Shown here: positions 33,901-49,247 of the stretch, in pieces
Layout: each line of letters starts with the position of its first letter
How positions within the stretch are numbered: position 1 is the stretch's first letter
From: the human T2T-CHM13v2.0 reference genome, Homo sapiens
Assembly: GCF_009914755.1 (NCBI RefSeq)
Contig: NC_060933.1
DNA length: 64,000 nucleotides
Strand: one strand, 5' to 3'
Made by a program: the position numbers and the translations under genes
The notes under the pieces: model-generated
Seen by the model: only the letters and a program-made list of their open reading frames with translations
The model's database searches: none
Told to the model about the DNA's origin: nothing

Positions 33901-34109
33901 ATCTGGAAAAGGGAGAAATAATGACCACTGTGACTGTTGCAAAAGACTAAACAGATGACAAATGGAACGTGTTCAGTAAGTTGCCTGACACATGGGGAGC
34001 ACACAAATAAAGATTAAAAAAATAAAGATTAAAAAATGTAGCATGGTTTTTTGTTTTTGTTTTTTTAGTCTAGGAAGAATTTTTATTAGAAGTAGGAAGA
34101 AATGTCAGG

Positions 34110-34685
34110 TTCTTTTATTGTGGGGGAAACACACATAATATGGAACTAACTGGCTTAACCATTTTTTAAATGTACATTTCAGGGACGTTAAGTACATTCA
34201 TATGTGCAACCATCACCACCATCCATCTCTAAAACTTTTTCATCTTCCCTACTGAACCTCTAAACCCAATAAACAATAACTTCTTGCTCCTCCCTTTCCT
34301 CTAGTCTATGTCAACCACCATTCTTTCTTCTGTTTCTATGAATTTGGCTATTCTAGGTATCTCACATAAGTGAAATCATACAGTATCTGCCTTCTTGTGA
34401 CTAGCTTATTTTACTTAGTGTGATGTCCTCAGGGTTCACCCATGATGTAGCATCTGTCAGAATTTCCTTCCTTTGTATGGCCAAATAATATTCCCTTGTA
34501 TGTATAGACCACATCATGTTTCTCCATTCATCCATCAATGAATTCCACTTTTGGGCTACTGTGAATAATGCTGCTAAGAACATAAGTGTGCAAATATCTG
34601 TTTGAGCCCCTGCTTTCTGTCCTTTTGGATAAATGTCTAAGACTGAAATTGCTGGTTCATATGGTGAATCTGGGTTTAATTTTTA
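34110..34685 (-). mobile_element. L1MB-like 3' end
   Basis: TTAAGTACATTCA..GCAACCATCACCACCATCCATCTC; remnant ORF MWSIHTREYYLAIQRKE. Confidence 0.8.
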
Positions 34686-36084
34686 TATTACTCATATAGT
34701 AAGTTTTAAAGCCTCCATTTCTTCAGCTTAAACAGGGGCCCATGGCAAATGGGGACTTCTCCTCCATCCCTCCCCCCTTGCCCAGCACAGAGTCAATACA
34801 GGCTCTGCCCACCTCTAGACTGTGGTGCCTAACCCGAGGCTCCTCTGAGCTATGCTGGCCTCCATGGTGATGAGTGTAGTTGGTGTGTTCCTGGCCCGGT
34901 GCAGACACACAGCATCCAGCCATCCCTAGTGGAGCAGCTCCTGCCTCTGTTTCTCCTTCAAAAAAGAATCCAGGTACCACCTCCTGTTTCATGGAGCTGT
35001 CTGGATGAAGCATCACTTCCAGGGAGCACTGCTACCTTGGAGTAGCACCACATGGAAGAATTACCTCTGCCTGCTGTCAGCCCGGGGACCCCAGCCCTAG
35101 GGCACCATTGTCTTCATGGCCTCACTGGCCCTTCACAGTCTGCACCCAGGCAGGTTGGTGTCCTGGTTACAAGGACTTTGGGATCAGATAGATCCAGGCT
35201 TGAGACCAGGCTCTGGCAGTTGCCAGCTCTGTGAGTTTGAGAAAGACACATCTCTCCTCTTTGCCTGTTCCTAATCTACAGAAGGGGATAATAGCTGACT
35301 CTGTTAACAGGAAAATTAAGTGAATGCGTGGAAATCCCTGAGCCCTCTGTCTGGCACAGAGCAAACAGTCAGTGATTAGAGTTTTCAAGACCATGTCATT
35401 ACCTGGTTAGGCACAAGAGTGAAGGAGGCAGAGCTTCCAGGACTGAGGGTGGAGAGGAGGTGAGATAGTGAGGTACTTCTGAGCAGGGTTTTAAGGGTTC
35501 TAGCTGAGGACACTTGGGAGAAGATTCTGGGTCAGCCAAGCCAAACCCTTCCCCCCGCCATGGCTCTACCTTCATTGAAATTTCCTTTCCTTACTATGAG
35601 TTGAAGGTAGGGAAGGAAGCACACATTTGTGAAATATCATTGTGTGCCTTATGGTGTCTTATGGAAAAAAATGTCAGCCATTACAGCTTAGTTAATCCTT
35701 TCATAATTGAACAGAAGAATGTTTATGAGAAAATTCTTTTCTCATAATGTTTTTTTGCCACTAAACTATTACTAAAGGGCATTTCCAGGAAGCAGTAATA
35801 TGGAGGTTGCTTCTTATATCTTCCTTTAAATCCTTGTATTTGAACAGGGCTTTAATGCTCACACAATTTTTTCACATGGTGCATTGATCATCTTGACCCA
35901 TTTACAGATGGGGGAACTGAGCCTCTGGGAAGTCAGAAGGGTGCCATAGAAAACTGGAGTTGGAAAAAGCTCTTTCTCTTTTAGGCAGTCCTCACTGAGC
36001 ACTGGTCATGTGCCAGGCCCTGAGCTAGGGACAGGGTCTGAGAGATGGTGATGATGTGGGCTCACCGTTTTCCTCCTTCCTATG

Positions 36085-36453
36085 TGATATGGTTTGGCTG
36101 TGTGTCCCCACCCAAATCTCATCTTGAATTGTAATAATCCCCATGTGTCGAGGGCAGGACCAGGTGGAGATACCTGAATCATGGGGGCAGTTTCCTCCAT
36201 GACGTTCTCGTGATAGTGACTGAGTTCTCACGAGAGCTGATGGTTTTATAAGGGGCTTTCCCCCTTTACTCGGCACTTTTCCTTCCTGCCGCCATGTAAA
36301 GAAAGACATGTTTACTTCCCCTTCTGCCATGATTGTAAGTTTCCTGAGCCCTCCCCAGCCATGAGGAACTGTGAGTCTTTATAAAACTCTTTCCTTTATA
36401 AACTACCCAGTCTCGGGCAGTTCTTTGTGGCAGCATGAGAATGGGCTAATACA
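36085..36453 (+). mobile_element. THE1-family (ERVL-MaLR) solo LTR
   Basis: Begins TGATATGGTTTGGCTG..CCCCACCCAAATCTCATCTTGAATTG and ends GCTAATACA, with a perfect 5-bp TSD CTATG at 36080-36084 and 36454-36458. Confidence 0.92.
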
Positions 36454-36940
36454 CTATGCTTGTAGGATTTCTCCTGTCCTTGGCCTAGGAGTAGATAAAT
36501 TTCCCAGCAAGGTCAGCTGCGCTGCATCCCATACACTCTCTACCTCACGTGCTGCTCTAGAGTGATTCCTAGGGCTCCTAAGTCACAGTCAGCTGCAACT
36601 TGGCCTGGGGCGAGGCTGGTAGGCACTTTACTGCCTCCCTCAGAGCCATCCCCTCTGCAACCTTTGGCTTTCTGGTTGTCACCTTGTAAAACAGGATGAT
36701 TCCAAAACTCTTTCTATTTCTGCCTCTAATTGTCCCTAGCATTGTCATCACCTGCTACCGCACTATCGAATCCTCCCCTTTGCTGCTCTGTATGGCTGAA
36801 AGGCTACATGTGAAATTCGAGTGTAGATCAGCTCTCCAAACTTGGCAGGGCCCATGTCCCCTCACACATCGCTGCCCTCTCCACTTCACTCCAACCACTA
36901 CTGACCCAGGGCTTCCTTCTCCTGAGGTGACACTGTTGGT

Positions 36941-39670
<2,730 letters not shown>

Positions 39671-39982
39671 GCTTCGCTGGAGGCTTTCGCTCCACTTTGG
39701 GCCCCAGAGCATCCTTCACCCCTTCGACAGAACTTGACTGCTAACGAGTCTGTCTCCTTGACTGAACTCTGCACTTCATAAGGGCAGAGACTTACTTTAT
39801 TTTTATTTTTAACAAACACATAAAGCCCTTTCCAAGGGTCAACCACCATTTAAGCTCTTGACAAGCATTAACTCATTTAATCCTCATCATAAATATGTGA
39901 AGTAGGTTCTGTTATTAACCCTACTTTTAAAGATGGGGAAACTGAGGTAGAGAAAGGTCATATCTGATTTATCTGTGTATTT

Positions 39983-40126
39983 GTTTTTTATTTTTTTGAC
40001 AGAGTCTCTTGCTCTGTCACCTAGGCTCGAGTGGAGCGCAGTGGTGTGATCACAACTCACTGTAACCTCAAACTCCTGGGCTTGAGTGATCCTCTCGCCT
40101 CAGCCTCCCCAGTAGCTGGGACTAGA
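39983..40126 (-). mobile_element. Alu monomer/fragment (J or FRAM-like)
   Basis: Only a single arm is present. Confidence 0.8.
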
Positions 40127-40671
40127 GGGTCATCTTTGTATTTCCCAGGTCCAGCCCAGGGCTAAGCACCTGGTAGGTATTCAAAAAATACTTATCTTTC
40201 AGATTGTCTCTCCTGGTCTCTGCCCCCAGTCCTACCAGGATGTATCTTCTGATTTTCCCATTTCCCGAAGTTGCCCACATTCTGGATCTTCCCAGACTGG
40301 AAAGAGGGTGTTGCTAAGGCAGCCTCAGCCAGAGCAACTCTGCACAGCATCTGGTGTCCAGGCCAGCAACCCAAAGGCTGGCACAGAGGCCTGTGACATG
40401 AGGAAGGAGCCCCATCTGGACCCTTTAAGGGCTATGAAAGCCCTGTGGTGGGAGGATGAGCCCAGGAGTCCTCCAGGTGGCCCTCTGCCTCAGTACTCAT
40501 GATCACTCCCCCTGTGTTCCTGATCCCAGTCCAGGGATTCCATCCTGACAGTCGTTTACCTGCCCAGACTGCTGAGGACCTCTGTGTCCCCAGAATCCTA
40601 ACCTGAAAGCTCCCGAGCTTTAACTGGCTCCAAATGAAAATGTGCATGTATAGTCCTCACAGGAGCGATGA

Positions 40672-41583
<912 letters not shown>

Positions 41584-41919
41584 TGACTCTTCTCTACTGT
41601 GACCCTGCAGTGCATCTGCCTGTTTATATTCCCTGGATATCGGGCTGGCTGTCTGTCTTCCAGCTGCCTTCACCCCATCCTTGGTTACCTGGGCTGTCCA
41701 GTAACGAGCCTGGGACCTCTTTCCCATCAGAGTGAGAGGACCCCTTTGTAGCAGGGCAGCCTCAGAGACCCCCATCCATGACTCGCTTCCATTCTCTGAG
41801 CCTCCTCCTGAATCACTTTACTCCTTGGGGTCCCTCTGCCCAGCCCAGGAGGCAGGAACCCTCAGAGCCACATGGGCAGGGTGGCTGTTTGCTGCCCTGA
41901 GGACCAGGTCCCGGCAGCC

Positions 41920-42235
41920 TCCCTTAATGAGCGTGCCTTCGGTGACACATTCATTATTCCTGTTCGGTCACTTCGAGTCAAAACTGATTAGTTACACTTA
42001 CCACCGCAAAGATGTAATGATTTTATTGTTTATCTTCAATTTATTTTGATTAACATCTCCGTTCTTTTCATTGCAAGTGCAATTAGGTGCAATCTAACAG
42101 CGACTACTTTAATTTTGTTGAAATTAAGATGAATAAGTGACGGCTTATGGTGCTTTGTTTAACCAATAAATCATAGTTAAGAGGAGTGTATTAGTAATAA
42201 ATGAAAAAAGACAACTTAATTAAAATGCATGGAGC
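41920..42235. promoter_or_regulatory. Candidate conserved enhancer (AT-rich, homeodomain/SOX/FOX motifs)
   Basis: Abrupt AT-rich, non-repetitive block with TAATGA, CAATTAG, TTGTTTA, CTTTGT, CAATAAATCA and CTTAATTAA, and several retained CpGs. Conservation is inferred, not measured. Confidence 0.55.
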
Positions 42236-45200
42236 CAGCCTCTTGATGTACATCCAAAATCCAAATCTGAATTCCAAAAATCAGAGGGAGCTGAGGGTTA
42301 GGAAGACCCTTGCTGCCTCTCAAAATGGTGACCAGAGGAGACAGACGGTGTAGCCTAGTTTTGAGACTGCTGTGCAGAGAAGAGCAAGGAGTACATCTTG
42401 ATCCTCATGAGGTGGTCGCATCTTGTCCACAAAAGCCACCTGGAACCCAGGTAGAAACAGACTTGGGAGGATACAGGAAGAGAGGCCTTATCCCCCCTGG
42501 GGACCCTGGGGACGGAGGGGGGGTAGGGGGGCACTGGCTGCCAAGCCCACACCCTGAATTCTTCCTGGGAACCCATTTCGGGCAGGGGACAGGGCCCCAC
42601 ACCCCTACATCTGGGGATCAGCCCATTTGCCCTATTGAGGAGCTCAGTGCCAAGCCAAAAACCCTAGGGCAAGTCTCGCAGTGTGATCGCCTCCCCGCTG
42701 GGCTGAGAGGGACTTCCCCATCTCTTGATTTGGAAACAAAGTGCAAAAAGTCAGCCCTGGAAAGTTTCCCGTGTGAAGTTTAAAAGCGCCTGTGCTGAAG
42801 AGGCCGACTTTGAAGCAGCTTGCCGGGGCCCCTTGGCAGGCTCCTGCGAGTCAGAGGGCCGGCCTCGCCTCAGATCCGCTGCGCCTGCCTCCGCAGGGCT
42901 GGGAAATGGGAATTGTTTTTAAGTTGAAAAATTACTCATGGAGCTCACTCCTTTGCCACTGCTCTTCTTTTGTTCTCAGTCGTCGCCTTCCTCTGCCTTC
43001 TCCTCCTCTTTTGCTTCCTCCTTTTAGTAAAGAGGAGCAGGCGGACCAGGGTTCAAATCCGGGCGCAGGCTCTTACTGGCTGTGTGACCTCAAGCCTGTG
43101 ACGCAACCCCTCTGGACCCTAGCGCTTTAACAGAAAAGTGGGGCCAATGGTGCCCTCGAGGCGGGGCGCTGTGGAGGTTGGCCCAGGGAACTGCACAAAA
43201 GTGCCCAGCACCTGCCTGGCCCCAGGAGGAGGAGCCCCAGAAGCATCAGCTCCCTCCCACTACAGAGCCCTTTGCCTCCTCCTTACAGAGCTTCAGAGGC
43301 AGGTCTCCTCCCCCTTTCTTGTGGCTCTCTGAGCTCCTACTGAGCCTTCATCCTTCTGTGTTTAAACTCCGCTTTTCTTTTTCATCCTCCAAATACGTGT
43401 TTCTGAGTGTCTGCCTTGGTGCCAGGCACAGTGCCACACCCTGATGATGATGCGAGGTGAGAAAACACACGATGGACCTGCCCTCAAAGAGCTTCCAGCC
43501 CCATGCCTCAGGTCCCCCATGAGACTCCTTCATCATGGTCATTGCATCCCTGTGTGCTCAAAAGTGTCTTCCCAGAAAAAGGAGTGCTTTGTGAGGACAG
43601 GGGCCATGCCCAGCACAGGGCCTGGCACACAACAGGGGATCAGTGGCCAAGGACGATGCCTCCTGTGGGCCTGACTTTAAGGGCACAAACAGAAACCAAG
43701 CCTGAGTGTGTGCTGCCAGGGAGGCCCTCGGGTGGGGGCATGGCTGTCATAGTAGGCAATGACATCTTTGGGTGCACAGTGCTGGGACATAGCAAAGGAG
43801 AGGACAAGAGATGGCAGCCCCCAGGAATAACCAAAGGCAAAGAATGAGTCTGCATGCTGGCCTGGCTTCTTCCTTCCAGCTCAGAAAAGGGGAAATCGGG
43901 ACTCATGTGGTTGAGGGTTCATGAGAGCAGTTTCTGTGCGCTGAGGCCGGGACTTCCCAGCACAGCCTACAAGACACTGCCTGCCCACGCCTGGCCCCGC
44001 CCACCTCTGCAGCCTCATCCCGCTCCCCACCCCACACCGGCCACTCCGGCTTTCCCGCTGGCCTTGCTCCCTCGTGCCAGGAACGCTCTCCCTCCACCAC
44101 CTCTTTTAGCACCCCCTGCCCACTTCCTACCAACTGCAATCCTGGTGCCCCAATTGACTTCAGGTCTCAGCTTCGATGTCATCACACTTTGGGAAAGGCC
44201 TTCCTGAGCCCCAGACCAGGTCAGTTTCCCTGGATATCTGGTCTTATCGTACTCTATATGTTCCATGGCACTTGTATAACTGTCATGAAATTCTGTAATT
44301 GCTGTCCACAGTCTGTCTGCCTCCTAGAATGCAAGTTGCATGAAGGCAGAGACCATGCCTGCCTCGTGAATTGCTGTTTCCTCAGTGCTAAGCAAAAAGC
44401 TTGAATAAAAGCTGGACAGAATAAATAACCTGTGGGCTGGGCACTTTATGGATTCCACGAATGATCTCAATGGCAATCCTGAAAAAGAGGTGGTTATTGC
44501 TCCCATTTCACAGATGAAGAAACTGAAACTTGGAGCAGTGTGACTTACCTAAGCAAGTGGTCTTGAACTCACATCTCTCTGACTCTGAAGCCACACTCGG
44601 TCCGGGAAACATCCCTGAAGCTTAAAAGCTAATCATGGTGTGATGGGGAATGGGGAGGGAAGGAGGGAGGGTAGATTTTTCTCCTGCTTGGGTCTAAGGA
44701 CAGCGAGAGAGCATTGCCCCTCTGCTTGGTGTCAACCAGGGAGGAACCAGCAGGTGACAGGGCCTATCAGATCCAGCTTAGGTTGTGCCCACTCAAAACC
44801 TGAGGACAGGGGGAGGGGAACCACAGTCACTTTTCAGGAGGGGCTTTAGGGACCCTGGAGGAAACCACCATTAACTTTTCCCGCGGAACTGGCCTCTGGT
44901 ACTTGTCCTCGAGGCTGAGGAAAGGTGTTTTGTGGGGCACACATGGCACCCAGCGAGCGCTGGGTGGCCGCTGCATTTGAGGAGGCGTGAACTTCAACAG
45001 GGGACCACAGGCACGGGGCACCTCCTGCGTCCCCCATCGCCACCCCACCTAGAGCTGCTCATCAACTCCTTTTAGAGACAGGAAACTGCAGCCCTGGCGG
45101 GGAGTGACTTGTCCGAGGTCTCAGAGCAGGGAAATGGCTTCAGTTGCATTTTGGGGGCCGCTGTTCCAAGGAGAGACAGAGAAAGAGATAGCGAGTCCCC

Positions 45201-45329
45201 CTGAGCAAGGCGAGAAAGGGGGGAGAGTGAGGGGAGGTAGAAGGAAGCCGGAGAGGGAGGGAGGAAGTGGTGAGAGCAGCCGAGGAGAGAGGGGTAAGAG
45301 AAAAAGAGAGAGGCAGTGAGGAAGAGAGC

Positions 45330-46400
45330 CGGGGACAGCCAGAGAGGCCGGGAGAGGCGAGGAAGGAGGCAGAGAAACGCCGCGGAGACCGGGAGATGGA
45401 AAGAGACAGGGGGAGGCGGGCGGGGACGGCCGGGGGGACCGGCCGGTGACAGCCACGGAGCGGGGGGCGGGGGACGCCGAGCGCTAGCGGGCGCGGGACG
45501 GCGGCGGGCGGGGTGGGGAGGCCGGGGACGCGGGGGACGCGGGGGACGCCGCGCCGCCCCCTCCCGGCGCTCGCCGCCGCCCCCGCCCCCGCCCCCGGCC
45601 GCACGCGCCCGCAGCCTAATGACCGCAGCCAGCCCGCGCCGCGGCCCGCGCCCACTCCAGGCGGCCGGCAGCTGGCAACGCGGGGCGAGCGGGGAGCCGC
45701 GCGCCGCAGCCCGGGTGGCCGCTCCCGGCGCCCGGCTGGCCCTGATTGATTTGTCAGCCGAGGCAAGAAAAACGGCCCCTCTGATCCGCGCGCCCAGTCC
45801 TCGGCTCCCCGGGCGCCGGGCCTCCCTCCCGCGCGCCTAGCCCGGCTCCGGGCCGGCCCCGCAGGCTGGAGCACCCCGCCCGCCTCAGGAGGGAGCCCTC
45901 CGCCCTCCGGCCCGGGCCCCGGCGCCCCTCCCCGGCCCCGCGCGCCGCGCACCTCCTCCGGCTCGGCCCGGCCCGCCCGAGGGCCCTGGGGCTGCCAACG
46001 GCCCCCTCACCCCCGCTGGGCACCGTGCCCGCGCCCCCAGCCCTCACCCTGCCGCTCCCCCCTAGCCCGGCACCCCCGCCCCCCGCCCCCCGGCCCTGGC
46101 CCGGGGCCGCCCGCAGAGCCGGCCACACCCGCTGCGGAGGACTCACCAAGGTAAGGAAGCGCCTCGGCGCGCCCCGGGGGCCTGGAGGGCTGCGCGTGGT
46201 GCGGGGAGGGCCACGGCAGGCACCCGCGGACCCGGACCGGGAACCGCCGCTGCCACTGAGCCGGGAGCACGGGAGGGCCCCGTCGGGCCGGGAGGGCTTT
46301 GGGCGAGTTGGGCTTGTCAAAGGGAGGACCTGGTGGCAAGTGGCTGGCAGTTGCCGCTCTGTCTGGAGCGTGGGGGAGTCTCACGCTCAGGTACAGAGAT
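45330..46400. promoter_or_regulatory. Distal CpG island ~12 kb upstream of the LHX2 ATG; probable alternative or bidirectional promoter
   Basis: Extreme GC/CpG content, GC boxes (GGGGCGG/CCCCGCCCC), TGATTGATTTGTCAG at 45743-45757, and a strong + strand donor AAG|GTAAGG at 46150/46151. Confidence 0.8.
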
Positions 46401-48312
46401 CTTCTGTCCAGATCTTTTTCTCTTTTAAGGAATTCTCTTCCTCTGTCACTATCCTCTCCGAATCCCTAAAATTTTATAGACATTATTTTCCAGTGTCTCT
46501 TTTGAGGAATCACCTCTTTGCCACCCTTCTTCTCAAGCAGGAGTCTTTTCCCATTCCTCTTCCCCAATTAAGCACATCCCCTCCCTCCTCCAATTTAGAA
46601 GGATTTTCTTCCTCTTTCTCACTCCCCAGTTTAAAAGGAAATTCTCTCTCCCCACAATTTGGAACCACCTTCTGTGGCTCACTTTCCCATTTCCAAGGCT
46701 AGACCCATTCCTATGCTGCCCTTCACCCCCATAATCCTGGCTGTGCAGACCAATTTGTCTTCAGCTGGAGGGATCTACCTTGTGTTTTTCTAGTGCAGGG
46801 GCCAGCTGTGGGGACTCCTCACCCAAAGCAGGGCACCAGCAATCCGTAGTAGCCCGCAGGAAAGGGGCAGCTGCCCAGCCGCAGCCCAGGTGCAAGGGGC
46901 ATTTGTTTCCACGGGGCAAGCAAGGAAGACTTTACCCTGAAACAAAGAATTGAGACCAACCGAGACTGTCCCAGCCTCTTCGACGGCAGAGGAATCCCAG
47001 CTTCTGGACTGAGGGGCTACATCTATCCCCCTCCCCCACCTCTTTAACTTTAAAATAGTTTAATGAACACAGAGAGAGAAATCATTTTTTTTTTTTCTGC
47101 GTGGTGAGCAGTCTACAAAGAGAAATGGGAAAGGAGGGAGAGAGCTTTAACTCTGATCCCCGCAATTAGTTCCCTGGGATTGTTGGTGTGTGTGTGGGGG
47201 GGGCAACCCGGGAGCCTCAGTTCTTCAGATACAAAAGCATTTAGATCGCTTTAGACCGGTTAATCCTGAGTCTGGCTCGGGTCTCTTTTGTTTCCCAACT
47301 CCATTGTGGGTTTTGTGCAGTTTCTCTCTGTTCGCGTGATTGACTAGCCAATAGATGGTAATTATCCAAATGTCCCCTCTGTCCTTTGACTGACTTCTCT
47401 GTATTATGGGCAACTGTCATGCATTCTGTCATTCCATATCATATTACACATATTATCATATGAAGTCTCCCCCCACCCTTTAAAGGAGGGAGCCTCAGCC
47501 CAGATGCTGCTGCTTTTAAAAGGAAGGGCCCCGAATAATTTGTGCGGGGCACGGTCGGGAATACAGAGCAGGGGACTCCCGAGATGGGAGGTTCTGCAGG
47601 TAATTTGTTTTGCTGGCTGGGGGTAGGGGGGGTAGGGGTGGTCTCTGAGGTTGGAGTTATAAGAACTGTGCTGGGGGCTTGGAGCACGCTTGTGCCAGCT
47701 TGTATTCCTCTGCCCAGGATCTTGGAGTAGTTTGGATGGATCTGGGATACCTTCTGGAGAAACTTGGAATCCATTTTTTGACCCCAGAATATCAGAAAAA
47801 TCTGCAGGATCGGGTCCTTTGGGAGTAATTAGTTCTTAGCGACACATGCTCAAGACAACAACCCTTGGGATCCCAAAATATATCTCTTCTACCTGTGGCC
47901 CCTCACAGGATCAGTCCTTTGGACTCTTGCCCCGGTTTGCTGCCAAGCAGGCTGGGGATGGAGGAGCCAGCTGTGTCTGTTTCAAACCCCCACAAGCTGA
48001 TGCTGAAGCTCTGAGAAGGGACAAGCTTTTCCAGTGATGCTTTTGCACAGATAAACTTAGTGCCCCTTGGTGCAATTGTGCTTGCCATCACTTAAGAGGG
48101 AGGCAGGATTTATAACAAGGAGACTTTGCAGGCAGAGACTCTGGGGTCCTCTGAATCTGTGGGCAGGACTAGCCTTTCTTTTGCTAAAATGTGAAAAAAG
48201 TGTTTTATTATTGCAATGGATATGAAGTGCCGCCCAGATGTACAGCCTCGCAGGCAGTTAATTACCTTGTTCTTCATCAAATATATGAGCAATAAATTCT
48301 CCAGGAAGGGAA

Positions 48313-48313
<1 letters not shown>

Positions 48314-48352
<39 letters not shown>
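48314..48352. repeat. (TG)n microsatellite
   Basis: About 19 uninterrupted TG units. Confidence 0.95.
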
Positions 48353-48357
<5 letters not shown>

Positions 48358-48862
48358 AATAGGTGGATAGATAGATAAATGCAGGAGAGAGAAAAACACA
48401 CTCTTTTAAGACCACAGAAAGAGGCAGACTATTTTATGGGAAGCTTGATACACTGCTGCAAGATGCTTTGAATTTTTCAATGATCAAATATACATGATCA
48501 AGCTGTGCATGTTAGGGTGCGAGGTGCACCGACGGTCAATGGCTATTGATCAGGCTGTTAAGTATTTCTGTTCAGTTTTATAAATATAGATGGATCCCAG
48601 ATGATTTAAACAACTAGATAGTTAAGAAACTAGCCTTCTACATTTCTTTGGAGAAGGGGAAATGGCTGGTCAGTTGCATAAACCCAAACCATTGTTCACC
48701 CCCATACTTCCTCCCTGCCCCCAAAATACCTTGGAAAATGTGAGGCTCATTTTCAAGAGTGTTCAAAAATAGAGTAAAAATATTCCAGATGTTTTGTTTG
48801 GGGTCTGCCAATAATAGTCACCTTACCTGAGCCTGGCCTTATTCACAGGCTGGGAGTTTTCT

Positions 48863-48863
<1 letters not shown>

Positions 48864-48909
<46 letters not shown>
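48864..48909. repeat. Compound (CT)n(CA)n microsatellite
   Basis: Read directly from the sequence. Confidence 0.9.
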
Positions 48910-49143
48910 ATTTTGCAACCACAATTTTGATCCAGACTGCCAGAGAGATGGGGAGGGTGCCATTTCTAGGAGTGGGTCTAAGGTCCCTAAAACCCTTCTG
49001 GTTAGGAACCTGGTAAGCCAACCACATGACCCTTCCCAATGAACTAATTTCTCACTAGTCTAAAGATCTATTTAGAAAGGTGTGGAGGGGGTGAAGGATG
49101 GAGATTTAAAGGTAACCTCTAATTGGTCTGGAAAAATTAAGCT

Positions 49144-49247
49144 GATGACACCTTGAAAATCTCTCTGTTTCTTTTTCATTCTCTGTCTCTCCACCATCAA
49201 GAGATGACATCTTGAAAATCTCTGTTTCTTTTTCATTCTCTTTCTCT
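49144..49247. repeat. Degenerate tandem duplication, period 59
   Basis: GATGACAyCTTGAAAATCTCT(CT)GTTTCTTTTTCATTCTCT at 49144 and 49203. Confidence 0.85.

Noticed and set aside
45140-46702. Pro/Arg/Gly/Ala-rich ORFs of 170-270 aa in CpG islands (also 57749-58888 and 61550-62371)
   Set aside because: Stop-codon depletion in very GC-rich DNA. They overlap in many frames, mostly lack ATG starts and show no domain.
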